Assembly (NCBI GenBank): GCA_965228735.1
Contig: OZ245838.1
Location: 5,344,001-5,408,000 of the forward strand
DNA from: Planctomycetota bacterium
Lineage (GTDB): Bacteria > Planctomycetota > UBA1135 > UBA2386
DNA length: 64,000 bases
Reading direction: 5' to 3'
Position numbers and translations under genes: made by a program. This document shows positions 56,351 through 64,000 of the stretch, piece after piece; positions within the stretch are counted from its first letter, which is position 1, and each line of letters opens with the position of its first letter. The notes beneath the pieces were generated by a model. That model was not told the DNA's origin, ran no database searches, and saw nothing but the letters and a program-made list of their open reading frames with translations.

Positions 56351-57136
56351 CTACGGCAGCTCGCGAACCCGGATGTTGCGGAACGACACGGGCGCGCCCT
56401 CGGCCTCGAGCGCGAGGTAGCCCTGCGCCGGCTGGCACTCGCGCCCGCCGTTGACCTCCTGGCCGTTGACCCACAGCCGGACCTCGCCGTTGATGGCGCG
56501 GACGTAGTAGTGGTTCCACTGGCCGAACGGCCTGGTCAGGCGCGCCGTCGGAAAGCTGCGTGCGCTCTTGTCGTTGCCGACCTGGTAGACCGCGCCGTCT
56601 GCCGCCGTGTATTCGATCTTCGGGGTGAACGCCTGCATCTTGGACGCGCCGACCGGGAACACGTCGCCGTGGCTCGTGAACCAGTTCGAGTGTTTGCCCT
56701 CGTGGTTCTTGCGCCAGTTGGTCTCGTAGCCGAGGTCGAGGATCTGCACCTCGATGCCGCTGCGCGGCAGCTGTCCGGGCGGCAGATCGGTGAACGCCGA
56801 TTCGGGGCACCAGACGAACAGCCCCGAGTTGCCGGCGAACGTGTGATGCTGCCACTCCATCACGAGCTCGAAGTTGCGATACGTCGTCTTCGTGCGGGCG
56901 CCGCCGTTCGGCTTGCCCGTGCAGCGGATGACGCCGTCCTCCTCCGCCCAGGTGTCGGGCTTGCCGTTGACGTTCACGAAGTCCGCGAGCGTGAGCACGC
57001 GCCAACCGGGACCGTCGCCGCGAATCCACGCCTTCTCGAGGTTCTTGCCCTGGGTCAGGGTCAGCGGCGCGAGCGTGGCGCTCGCGAGGGCGAGAGCGGC
57101 GAGGGTGAGACGGTGGATGCGAGCGGACGCGGTCAT
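56351..57136 (-). CDS. DUF1080 (3-keto-disaccharide hydrolase-like) protein
   Basis: YRNFELVMEW, GNSGLF, EVQILD, WNHY and GYLALEAEG. Confidence 0.9.
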   Translation of the reverse strand: MTASARIHRLTLAALALASATLAPLTLTQGKNLEKAWIRGDGPGWRVLTLADFVNVNGKPDTWAEEDGVIRCTGKPNGGARTKTTYRNFELVMEWQHHTFAGNSGLFVWCPESAFTDLPPGQLPRSGIEVQILDLGYETNWRKNHEGKHSNWFTSHGDVFPVGASKMQAFTPKIEYTAADGAVYQVGNDKSARSFPTARLTRPFGQWNHYYVRAINGEVRLWVNGQEVNGGRECQPAQGYLALEAEGAPVSFRNIRVRELP

Positions 57137-57182
57137 CGTCGCAGCGTAGCGCGCCGCTGGCCGCGGGCCACGCAGCACCGCG

Positions 57183-57518
57183 CTACATCGTCCGGATGAG
57201 CGCCCACGCGATACCGGCGCCCGCGGACAGCACGTTGCCGAGCAGGACTGCCGAGGCGGCGCGCCACGCGGGCAGGCGCAACAACCCGGCCAACGCTCCG
57301 AACTCACCGAGGACGACGAGGAACTCGATCGCGCCCCACGGCAGGACGTCGTTCTGCGCGGTCAGCACGGCGAGCGGGTGACTCAGCATGTTGACGGCGA
57401 GGCAGCCGAGCAACGCAGACCGCCGGGCAGTGCCACGGAACAGCAGCGCAACGATGCCGAGTTCGATGAGCAGCGTCAGTGCGAGCAGCGGCAGGTAGTG
57501 CAGCAGGGTATGGGCCAT
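57183..57518 (-). CDS. Small 4-TM membrane protein
   Basis: LALTLLIE, NMLSHP, EFLVVLGE and NVLS motifs. Confidence 0.6.
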   Translation of the reverse strand: MAHTLLHYLPLLALTLLIELGIVALLFRGTARRSALLGCLAVNMLSHPLAVLTAQNDVLPWGAIEFLVVLGEFGALAGLLRLPAWRAASAVLLGNVLSAGAGIAWALIRTM

Positions 57519-57525
57519 CGCGGAA

Positions 57526-58107
57526 TCAGTGACTCGCGGGGCGCGCCTTGCTCGCGAGAACGACCAGCAGGACTGCGCCGGCCGCGGCGATCGCGAGCAG
57601 GAGCCACGTTCCGGAACCGTCGAGCTCGTTGCCGGCGGCGTCGAATCGACGTTCCCCGACGACGGTGAAGTCGATGCCATCCGGTCGCACATCCGTGACG
57701 CGAACGGTCGTCACGACGTGGGCGAGCGGATCGGCCATCGGCGCGGAGGAGATCTCTCCGACCGGCACGCGGGCGCGGGCCCACGTCGTGGCCGCGGCAG
57801 CCTCGCGATCCTCGGGGAAGTTCGCGGTCGTCGGGACCGCCCAGATCAGGGTCCCGTACTTGCTCGAGAACGAGAACGGTTCGCCGGCCTGGATCTCGGT
57901 CACGCCGCCGAACCCGCGGCACGGAAACGCGACTAGCCGGAGGTCGTCGCCGAGGTCGCCCCACTCGAGGACGACGTCGTGCTCGACGCCGTGATGGCCG
58001 GGTGGCAGGACGTCCGGCAGCGGATTGGCGGGCAGCGGACTCGGCGGCAGCGGACAGGCGGGAGCCGACGTGACGAACAGGGTGGCCAGTGCGAGGCTGC
58101 GCAGCAT
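57526..58107 (-). CDS. Secreted protein with C-terminal TM anchor
   Basis: N-terminal signal peptide, Pro-rich linker, C-terminal WLLLAIAAAGAVLLVVLA-SKAR. Alternative start at 58119. Confidence 0.6.
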   Translation of the reverse strand: MLRSLALATLFVTSAPACPLPPSPLPANPLPDVLPPGHHGVEHDVVLEWGDLGDDLRLVAFPCRGFGGVTEIQAGEPFSFSSKYGTLIWAVPTTANFPEDREAAAATTWARARVPVGEISSAPMADPLAHVVTTVRVTDVRPDGIDFTVVGERRFDAAGNELDGSGTWLLLAIAAAGAVLLVVLASKARPASH

Positions 58108-58180
58108 CGGATCGAACAACGTCGTTCGGCGCAGCGGGTTCCCGGCGCGCCGGTGATTTCCCCCAGGCTAACGTGGTGTC

Positions 58181-59041
58181 GTGTTCGACCTCCAGCAGAC
58201 TCGCCGCGCTCCGACGTGGCTCGTCGTCGTGGTCCTGCTCGCGCTCTATCCGTGGAGCGTGCTCGTCAACCAGTGGTTCGCGGCCAACCACTACTACGAG
58301 CCGCTCGTGGTCGCGACGAACGGGCTGCTGTATCCCAATCTGCAGGTCTGCCTGCCGACGGTCATCGTCTGGCTCCTCGTGTGGCGGGCTGCAGGTTTGC
58401 GCCTCGGCGATGTCGGTTGGCGGGGGCGCGACCTGTTGGTCGGCGTGCTCGCGACGTTGCTCGTCTGGCTGCTCGTGCACTTCGTGGCGGTGATCTTCAC
58501 GCTGCCCGACGTCGCGCCCGCGACCGAACCGACGACCGCCCCGGCACTCGCGATCGGCAAGCTGCTCGGCCAGCTCCTCGGGAACGCGCTCTACGAGGAG
58601 ACGCTCTACCGCGGGTTCGTCCTCGTGCAGCTCCTGCTCCTGCTGCGCGCTCGCGGCGTCGGCCGCGTGGCCGCGGCGTGGCTCGCCGCGCTCGGCTCGG
58701 CGCTCGTGTTCGCGTTGCCGCACATCCCCAACCGGCTCTATCGCGGCGAGTATGCCGATCTGGGCGCGCTGCTCGGCGATCAGATCGTGCTGCTGCTCTC
58801 CGGCCTCTTCCTCGCCTGGGTCTACCTGCGGACCCGCAACCTCTGGTGGCTCATCGGCCTGCACAGCCTCGCGAACGCGCCGACCCTGCTCGTCGAGTGG
58901 GAGGCTGCGCCCGGTACCATCGGCAAGAAAGACGTCGTCGGCGGGCTCGGCCTGCTGCTGACGCTGGCCTGGCCGTTGGTCAGGCGTTTTTCTCGCAGCC
59001 GTGCACGGAACGAGCCGGCTGCGGACATCGGTGAGGCATGA
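58181..59041 (+). CDS. CPBP (type II CAAX/Abi) intramembrane metalloprotease
   Basis: YEETLYRG (EExxxR), FALPH and HSLAN motifs; multiple TM segments. Confidence 0.9.
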   Translation: MFDLQQTRRAPTWLVVVVLLALYPWSVLVNQWFAANHYYEPLVVATNGLLYPNLQVCLPTVIVWLLVWRAAGLRLGDVGWRGRDLLVGVLATLLVWLLVHFVAVIFTLPDVAPATEPTTAPALAIGKLLGQLLGNALYEETLYRGFVLVQLLLLLRARGVGRVAAAWLAALGSALVFALPHIPNRLYRGEYADLGALLGDQIVLLLSGLFLAWVYLRTRNLWWLIGLHSLANAPTLLVEWEAAPGTIGKKDVVGGLGLLLTLAWPLVRRFSRSRARNEPAADIGEA

Positions 59042-59226
59042 GCACTTTGCTGACATCGATCCTTCCCTTCTTCCTCAGCGCCGCCATGAACAGCCCGGCT
59101 GGTGGCGATTGCTGCGAACCCGGCTGTTGCGAGATCTGCCCGCCGGCCTGCTGCGAGTCGTGCCCGCCCGAGTGCGAGCCGTGCCCGCCCGGTTGCTGCG
59201 GCGGCACCGCCAAGGCCAGGCCGTAG
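59038..59226 (+). CDS. Cys-rich (12 Cys) micropeptide, metallothionein-like or precursor-like
   Basis: ATG overlaps the CPBP stop (ATGA); hydrophobic leader followed by DCCEPGCCEICPPACCESCPPECEPCPPGCC. Confidence 0.7.
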   Translation: MSTLLTSILPFFLSAAMNSPAGGDCCEPGCCEICPPACCESCPPECEPCPPGCCGGTAKARP

Positions 59227-59236
59227 AATCGGCGCG

Positions 59237-59821
59237 ATGGCGCGCGCGACCCTGGACCCCGCGGAGTTCACGACGGCGTTCGCCCGCTTCGGGCGCACGC
59301 TGTGGGTGATCGCTGCGGCCTGGGTCGGGCGCGCTGACGCGGCGGATGTCGTGCAGGAGACTGCGCGGGTCGCCTGGGAGCGGCGGTCGACGTTCGCTGG
59401 TGCGGGCGAGGTCACCGAGCTGCGGGCCTGGCTCGCGCAGATCGCGCGCCACACGGCAGCCAACTGGCGGCGTCGCGCGCGGCGGTGGCTGGTGGCCCTC
59501 GCGGACGATGACGACGGCGTGGCCGATCGTTTGCCCGCTGCCGAGTCATCGCCGATGTCGTCACCCGCCGCGGTGGCGGCGACGTCCGAGTTCGACGCGG
59601 ATGCGCTCGGGCTCTCCGATGAGGTCGCGAACGCCCTCGCTCAACTATCCGAGGTCGCACGCGCGTGCCTGCTGCTGCAGGTCGTCGCCGGCCACACCTT
59701 CCCTGAGATCGCCATTCTGCTCGACATTCCCGAGAACACCGCGGCGAGCCACGCGCGGCGCGCCCGACTTGCGCTCCGCGCCGCGCTGACCGCGAAACCC
59801 GCTGCCTCACAATCACGATGA
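59237..59821 (+). CDS. ECF sigma-70 factor
   Basis: DAADVVQET region 2, LRAWLAQIAR, region 4 FPEIAILLDIPENTAASHARRAR. Confidence 0.88.
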   Translation: MARATLDPAEFTTAFARFGRTLWVIAAAWVGRADAADVVQETARVAWERRSTFAGAGEVTELRAWLAQIARHTAANWRRRARRWLVALADDDDGVADRLPAAESSPMSSPAAVAATSEFDADALGLSDEVANALAQLSEVARACLLLQVVAGHTFPEIAILLDIPENTAASHARRARLALRAALTAKPAASQSR

Positions 59822-60504
59822 CCGAAGACGACCAACGACTGCCGGGAAGCGGTTCCGGTGCAGGGCCCGACGACCGGCTCGACCGCGAGCTGCGGGCGGC
59901 GTTCGCGCCGCCGGCGGATCGCGAGTTCGAAGCGATGGCACGTGACGTCGCCGCGACGCCTCCGGCGCCGGCGGTGCCGCACTTGCCGTGGGTCACGCTG
60001 AGCACCATCGCGGCGCTGCTCTGCGTCGGGCTGCTGCTCTGGGCCAACATCGTGCCCGTCGCATCGCCGGGTGCGGCGGCATCGGCAGTGACGGCCCAAG
60101 TGACGGCGCAGCTGAACGGCAGCGAGCTCGGTCTGCTGTGGGTCGCGGCGTATCGCGACGCAGCGGATCGCGGCTTCGAGGGTGGTTGCTGTGAGCCGTC
60201 GTTCGATCTGCCGGCCGCGTGCCACGACGAGTTCGCGACGCGCGTCGGGCTCGCGGACGGAGCGAACGTGCGGATCTGCGGCAGCTACTGCGGACTGGAG
60301 ACGGGGGGGTGCGTGGCGATGATCGCGCGCGCCGGCGAGCTGCCGATGTGCGTCTACATCGTGCGCCGCGCGGACGATCCGGGTGTCGAGCTGCCGCTGG
60401 GCAGCGACCTGCGGCTGTCGCGGCGCGAGCTCGACGACCTCGTCCTCTACGCACTCGCGCCGGCGCCGGTCGAGGCGACACTCGCGGCATTCGTGACCCT
60501 GTAG
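59818..60504 (+). CDS. Putative membrane-anchored anti-sigma factor with Cys-rich extracytoplasmic domain
   Basis: ATGA overlap with the sigma gene, short cytoplasmic N-terminus, one TM segment, 7 Cys after the TM. Confidence 0.65.
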   Translation: MTEDDQRLPGSGSGAGPDDRLDRELRAAFAPPADREFEAMARDVAATPPAPAVPHLPWVTLSTIAALLCVGLLLWANIVPVASPGAAASAVTAQVTAQLNGSELGLLWVAAYRDAADRGFEGGCCEPSFDLPAACHDEFATRVGLADGANVRICGSYCGLETGGCVAMIARAGELPMCVYIVRRADDPGVELPLGSDLRLSRRELDDLVLYALAPAPVEATLAAFVTL

Positions 60505-60573
60505 TCGGGGACTGCGGCCCGGTCCCGGAAGAGCCGGCTCCGTTGCGGGGACCCGGTCGGCTACGATCGCGGT

Positions 60574-61803
60574 ATGCCGACCGCGACCCCGTTTGCCGTC
60601 ACCGTCACCGCTGCCGCCGCGCTGTTCGCGAGCACGCTGCCGCCCCAGGAAGCCGGGGATCGCGCCGGCGCGACGATCTCGGCGGAGAGCGCCCGGTTCG
60701 ACTTCGACGCGGAGTGGCGCAAGATCGCTGACGAGCTGCACGGACTCTGCGAGCAGCAGGGCGTCGTCGGCGGCAGCTTGTGGTTCATCGACGGTTCCCG
60801 GGTCCGCGCGTTCGAGTGCCACGGGTTCGCGGATCAGGCCGGCGAACGCGCGGTGGACGGCGAGACGGTGTTCCACTGGGCGAGCATCACCAAGACGCTG
60901 ACGGGCATCGCGGTCATGCAGCTGCGGGATCGCGGGCGACTGCAGCTCGAGCAACCGGTGATCGACCTCGTGCCGGAGCTCGCCGAGGTTCACAACCCGC
61001 ACGGTCCGACCGAGGGCATCCTGATCCGCCACGTGATGTCGCACTCGGCGGGCTTCCGCGGTTCGACGTGGCCGTGGGGCGGCAACGAGGACTGGCATCC
61101 GCACGAGCCGACGCGCTGGTCTCAGCTCGTCGCGATGATGCCGTACACCGAGGTCGAGTTCGCGCCGGGGTCGCGCTTCTCCTACAGCAATCCGGGGATC
61201 ATCTTCCTCGGCCGTGCGATCGAGCGGCTCAGCGGCGACGACTACGAGGTCTACATGCACAAGAACGTGCTCGGGCCGCTCGGGATGACGTCGTCGTACT
61301 TCGACGTCACGCCGTATCACCTGCAGAAGCACCGTTCGCACAGCTATTCGCGCGGCCGCGACGGTGCGGTGCAGGATCTGGGACCGGACTTCGACACCGG
61401 GATCACGGTGAGCAACGGTGGGCTCAATGCGCCGGTATCCGACATGGCGCGCTACCTGATGTTCTTGCTCGGCGCGCGCGAAGAAGGTTCGCCGGCAGCG
61501 GCCGTGCTCGCGCGTGATTCGCTCGAGTCGATGTGGCAGCCCATCGTTCCGGTCGCGCTCGCCGGTGATGCCGGCGGCGAGCAGATGGGGTTGACGTTCT
61601 TCCTGCAGCAGCACGGCGGCCAGCGGTTCGTCACGCACACGGGCGGGCAGCGCTCGTTCATCACGTTCTTCTACGTGCACCCGGAGTCGGGGACCGGGGC
61701 GCTCGGCGCGTTCAACACGGGCACGGCGGGGCCCGTGATGGCGGCGATGCGGCGGGCGTGCATGCAGCGACTGTCCCTGCCGCTCGCCGCGGAGCGACGC
61801 TGA
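60574..61803 (+). CDS. Serine hydrolase, beta-lactamase class C / PBP-like
   Basis: SITK (SxxK), YSN and HTGG motifs. Confidence 0.9.
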   Translation: MPTATPFAVTVTAAAALFASTLPPQEAGDRAGATISAESARFDFDAEWRKIADELHGLCEQQGVVGGSLWFIDGSRVRAFECHGFADQAGERAVDGETVFHWASITKTLTGIAVMQLRDRGRLQLEQPVIDLVPELAEVHNPHGPTEGILIRHVMSHSAGFRGSTWPWGGNEDWHPHEPTRWSQLVAMMPYTEVEFAPGSRFSYSNPGIIFLGRAIERLSGDDYEVYMHKNVLGPLGMTSSYFDVTPYHLQKHRSHSYSRGRDGAVQDLGPDFDTGITVSNGGLNAPVSDMARYLMFLLGAREEGSPAAAVLARDSLESMWQPIVPVALAGDAGGEQMGLTFFLQQHGGQRFVTHTGGQRSFITFFYVHPESGTGALGAFNTGTAGPVMAAMRRACMQRLSLPLAAERR

Positions 61804-61846
61804 GTCCGAATATCGCGGCCGGACCCGGGTATCGTCGGAGACCGCC

Positions 61847-63742
61847 GTGAAGCAGATCGTCATCGTCCTCGCCGCGCTCGTGGCCGTCGCCTTCATCTGG
61901 TGGCAGGCCGCGACCGTCGACTTGATCCCGGATCTCGGCAAGCCGCCGCCAGATACCGGTGCCGCAGCCGACTCGACCGTTGGGGCGCCGGCGTCGGGAG
62001 CGGACGCGACGGGCTCGCCCGGGACGCGCGAGGCGGCCGACCCGGCCCCCGCGGTCGATGGCCCGGTCGCCGACGACGGCGGCGAGCCGCAGCCGGCTGC
62101 CGAGGCGCCGCGATCGTTGCGCCTGCTCATCGTCGATGGTGCGGGCGAGCCGGTCGGCGCGGCCGAGGTGGCGGTGTTCGAGGACGCCGGTCGTCGGCGC
62201 GGCGTCGAGCTCATTCGGCTGCGCAGCGACGCGGCCGGCCGCTGCGACGCGCCGGTCACCGGTGCCCTGATCGTGTCCGCGCGGCGGGCCGACGTCGGCT
62301 GGTCCGGCGACGTACTCGTTCGCGCGCGAGGACCGGACGAGCCGGCGCGCGTCGTGTTGCTCGCCACGGCGACCGTGCGCGGTCGCGTGACGTTGCCGGA
62401 CGGCCAGCCGGCAGTCGGGGCCCTCGTCTGGGGCCGCTCTTCGGCGTACGCAGAAGAACGCACCGACCGGGTGCCGGGCCAACGCACCGATGCGGACGGT
62501 CGCTTCGAGGTGCAAGTCGTGGCAGGGCGCGGCGGGGACGACCACACGTTCGGCGCCCAGCTCGATGGTCGCCACAGCGAGCAGGTGCAGGTGCCGCAGC
62601 TTTCGCCGGGCGAAGTCGTCGACATCCACGTGCGCTTTCCCGGCGCCTTCCGGGTGCGCGGTGACCTGCTCACGGAGAACGGCGACCCGTTGCCTGGGCG
62701 CGTCTGGCTCGTGCGCAAGGCAGGCACGCCGGGTCGGGCGCTGTTTCGCACCGAAGCCGACTCGATCGGCGCGTTCGAGTTCCTGCTCGTCGATGGCGGC
62801 GAGTTCACCGTCGTCGGCGGGGTCGAAGGCAGGACGTCGGCCGTCGCCTCGGTGCGTCTCGAACCCGGGGCCGAGACCGCGGAGGTCGAACTGCGCACCC
62901 GGCCGTTCGCCGCGGTCTCCGGGCGAGTCGTCGACGAGGGCGGTGCTCCGCTGGGTGGCGTGTTCGTCGGACTGTCGTTCGACTTCGAACGCGACGCGGT
63001 CGAACGCCAGCGCTCGTCGCTGCACGGCAACCTGCCGCGCGGCGACACCGCAGCAGACGGCACGTTCTCGTTCCTCGCGCCGGCCGGGTATCGCCTGCAG
63101 CTCGTTGCGCGCCCGGTCGCGGGCAATCGCAACCTGCTCGTGCGCGGGCCGCGGTTCGTGTCCCCGGCGCAGGGACTCACGCTCACGATCGGCGCGGCCG
63201 ATCGCCAGGGGTTCGTGCTGTTCGGGGACGTCACGTCGCGCTCGTCGGGCCAGCCGATCGCGAGCGCCACGGTGCAGATGGTGACGAAGAAGGGCAGCGG
63301 TTCGAGCATGGGCAAGGTCGGCGTGGTCGAGAACGGCAGCTACGAGACGGAGATCCTCGCGCCGAGCGGCAGCGCGTGGTTCGAGATCCAGGCCAGCGGC
63401 TATGCACCGATGCGGCACGGCCCGATCGATCTCGGGATCGGGCGTCGAAGGCTGGATTTCGCGCTTCCCGATCTCGGGACGATGCGCGTCCGCGTGCATC
63501 GACCGGACGGCACGCCCGCCGTGGGCTACCGCGTCATGCTCGGCTACGAGCCGTACGATCCGTTCGGCCCCGCGTGGCAGGGCAAGACGAACGCGGAGGG
63601 CATGATCGAGTTCGAGAAGATCATTCCGCGCGACTATCGCGTGATCGCGCGCGCGCCAACCGAAGCCGGCGGCGAGGGCGAGACCCCCGCAACCGTGGTT
63701 TCGGGCGAGCGCAGCGACGTCGAGGTGTTCATCGCGCGCTGA
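61847..63742 (+). CDS. Membrane-anchored protein with carboxypeptidase regulatory-like repeats
   Basis: N-terminal TM segment; repeated GRV.D..G.P..G..V / TD.DG.F motifs. Confidence 0.8.
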   Translation: MKQIVIVLAALVAVAFIWWQAATVDLIPDLGKPPPDTGAAADSTVGAPASGADATGSPGTREAADPAPAVDGPVADDGGEPQPAAEAPRSLRLLIVDGAGEPVGAAEVAVFEDAGRRRGVELIRLRSDAAGRCDAPVTGALIVSARRADVGWSGDVLVRARGPDEPARVVLLATATVRGRVTLPDGQPAVGALVWGRSSAYAEERTDRVPGQRTDADGRFEVQVVAGRGGDDHTFGAQLDGRHSEQVQVPQLSPGEVVDIHVRFPGAFRVRGDLLTENGDPLPGRVWLVRKAGTPGRALFRTEADSIGAFEFLLVDGGEFTVVGGVEGRTSAVASVRLEPGAETAEVELRTRPFAAVSGRVVDEGGAPLGGVFVGLSFDFERDAVERQRSSLHGNLPRGDTAADGTFSFLAPAGYRLQLVARPVAGNRNLLVRGPRFVSPAQGLTLTIGAADRQGFVLFGDVTSRSSGQPIASATVQMVTKKGSGSSMGKVGVVENGSYETEILAPSGSAWFEIQASGYAPMRHGPIDLGIGRRRLDFALPDLGTMRVRVHRPDGTPAVGYRVMLGYEPYDPFGPAWQGKTNAEGMIEFEKIIPRDYRVIARAPTEAGGEGETPATVVSGERSDVEVFIAR

Positions 63743-63892
63743 GTAGCCGGTGCGAAGCCATCGGGCACTGGGCCATCGGGCCTGGAATCGTCTGGGCGTA
63801 ACCGTGTCCAGAACCGTAGCGGCGCTCCGAAGGGCCGCGGCGAGAGAAGGCATTGGCGAGCGCGGCCCAACGCGGGCAAACTGCTTCGCCCC

Positions 63893-64000
63893 ATGACCGA
63901 GTCCCGCATCCTCGTCGACCGTCCCGAGACCGGGATCCTGCTCGTGACGCTCAATGCCGCGGAGCGGCGCAACGCGATCGATCAGGCGATGGTCGACGCG
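63893..64000 (+). CDS. Enoyl-CoA hydratase/isomerase family, N-terminus (runs off the window)
   Basis: MTESRILVDRPETGILLVTLNAAERRNAIDQAMVDA. Confidence 0.7.
   Translation, partial: MTESRILVDRPETGILLVTLNAAERRNAIDQAMVDA

Noticed and set aside
59641..63315. Very long antisense or alternative-frame ORFs (also 3083-5212, 6364-8988, 10275-12911, 21990-24920, 43399-45537, 47968-50124, 53576-55642)
   Set aside because: Shadow ORFs opposite well-supported genes. They are Arg/Ala/Pro-rich with no motifs, as expected at this GC content.
63757..63781. Short direct repeat gccatcgggc x2
   Set aside because: Too short and GC-rich to distinguish from chance.

Overview
A very GC-rich, gene-dense chromosomal window. 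The PSD1/DUF1549-DUF1553 + DUF1501 pair, DUF1080, two sulfatases and many signal-peptide proteins point to a Planctomycetota bacterium (inference). About 57 CDSs can be supported, mostly housekeeping or envelope functions: a IorAB-type molybdoenzyme with a diheme cytochrome, a fused 2-oxoacid dehydrogenase E1, LarA, LpxD, monomeric IDH, an ABC/FtsX/AttH-type trio, peptidases and hydrolases. No rRNA, tRNA, transposase or CRISPR array was found. The ORF track splits two genes at an in-frame TGA that sits exactly at the catalytic Cys position and is followed by a SECIS-like hairpin: an exported BCP-type peroxiredoxin (17649-18200, -) and a lipoprotein MsrA (21224-22057, -). Both are therefore predicted selenoproteins. 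Other highlights: (1) a CPBP protease, 12-Cys micropeptide, ECF sigma and Cys-rich anti-sigma cassette (58181-60504); (2) pervasive TANNNT boxes 5-9 nt before start codons, suggesting leaderless mRNAs; (3) a ~195-nt structured intergenic RNA candidate next to lpxD; (4) a 32-bp perfect REPIN-like inverted repeat; (5) a dispersed 20-26-bp repeat; (6) several tandem repeats that duplicate stop codons. All family assignments are by motif recognition only; no searches were run.
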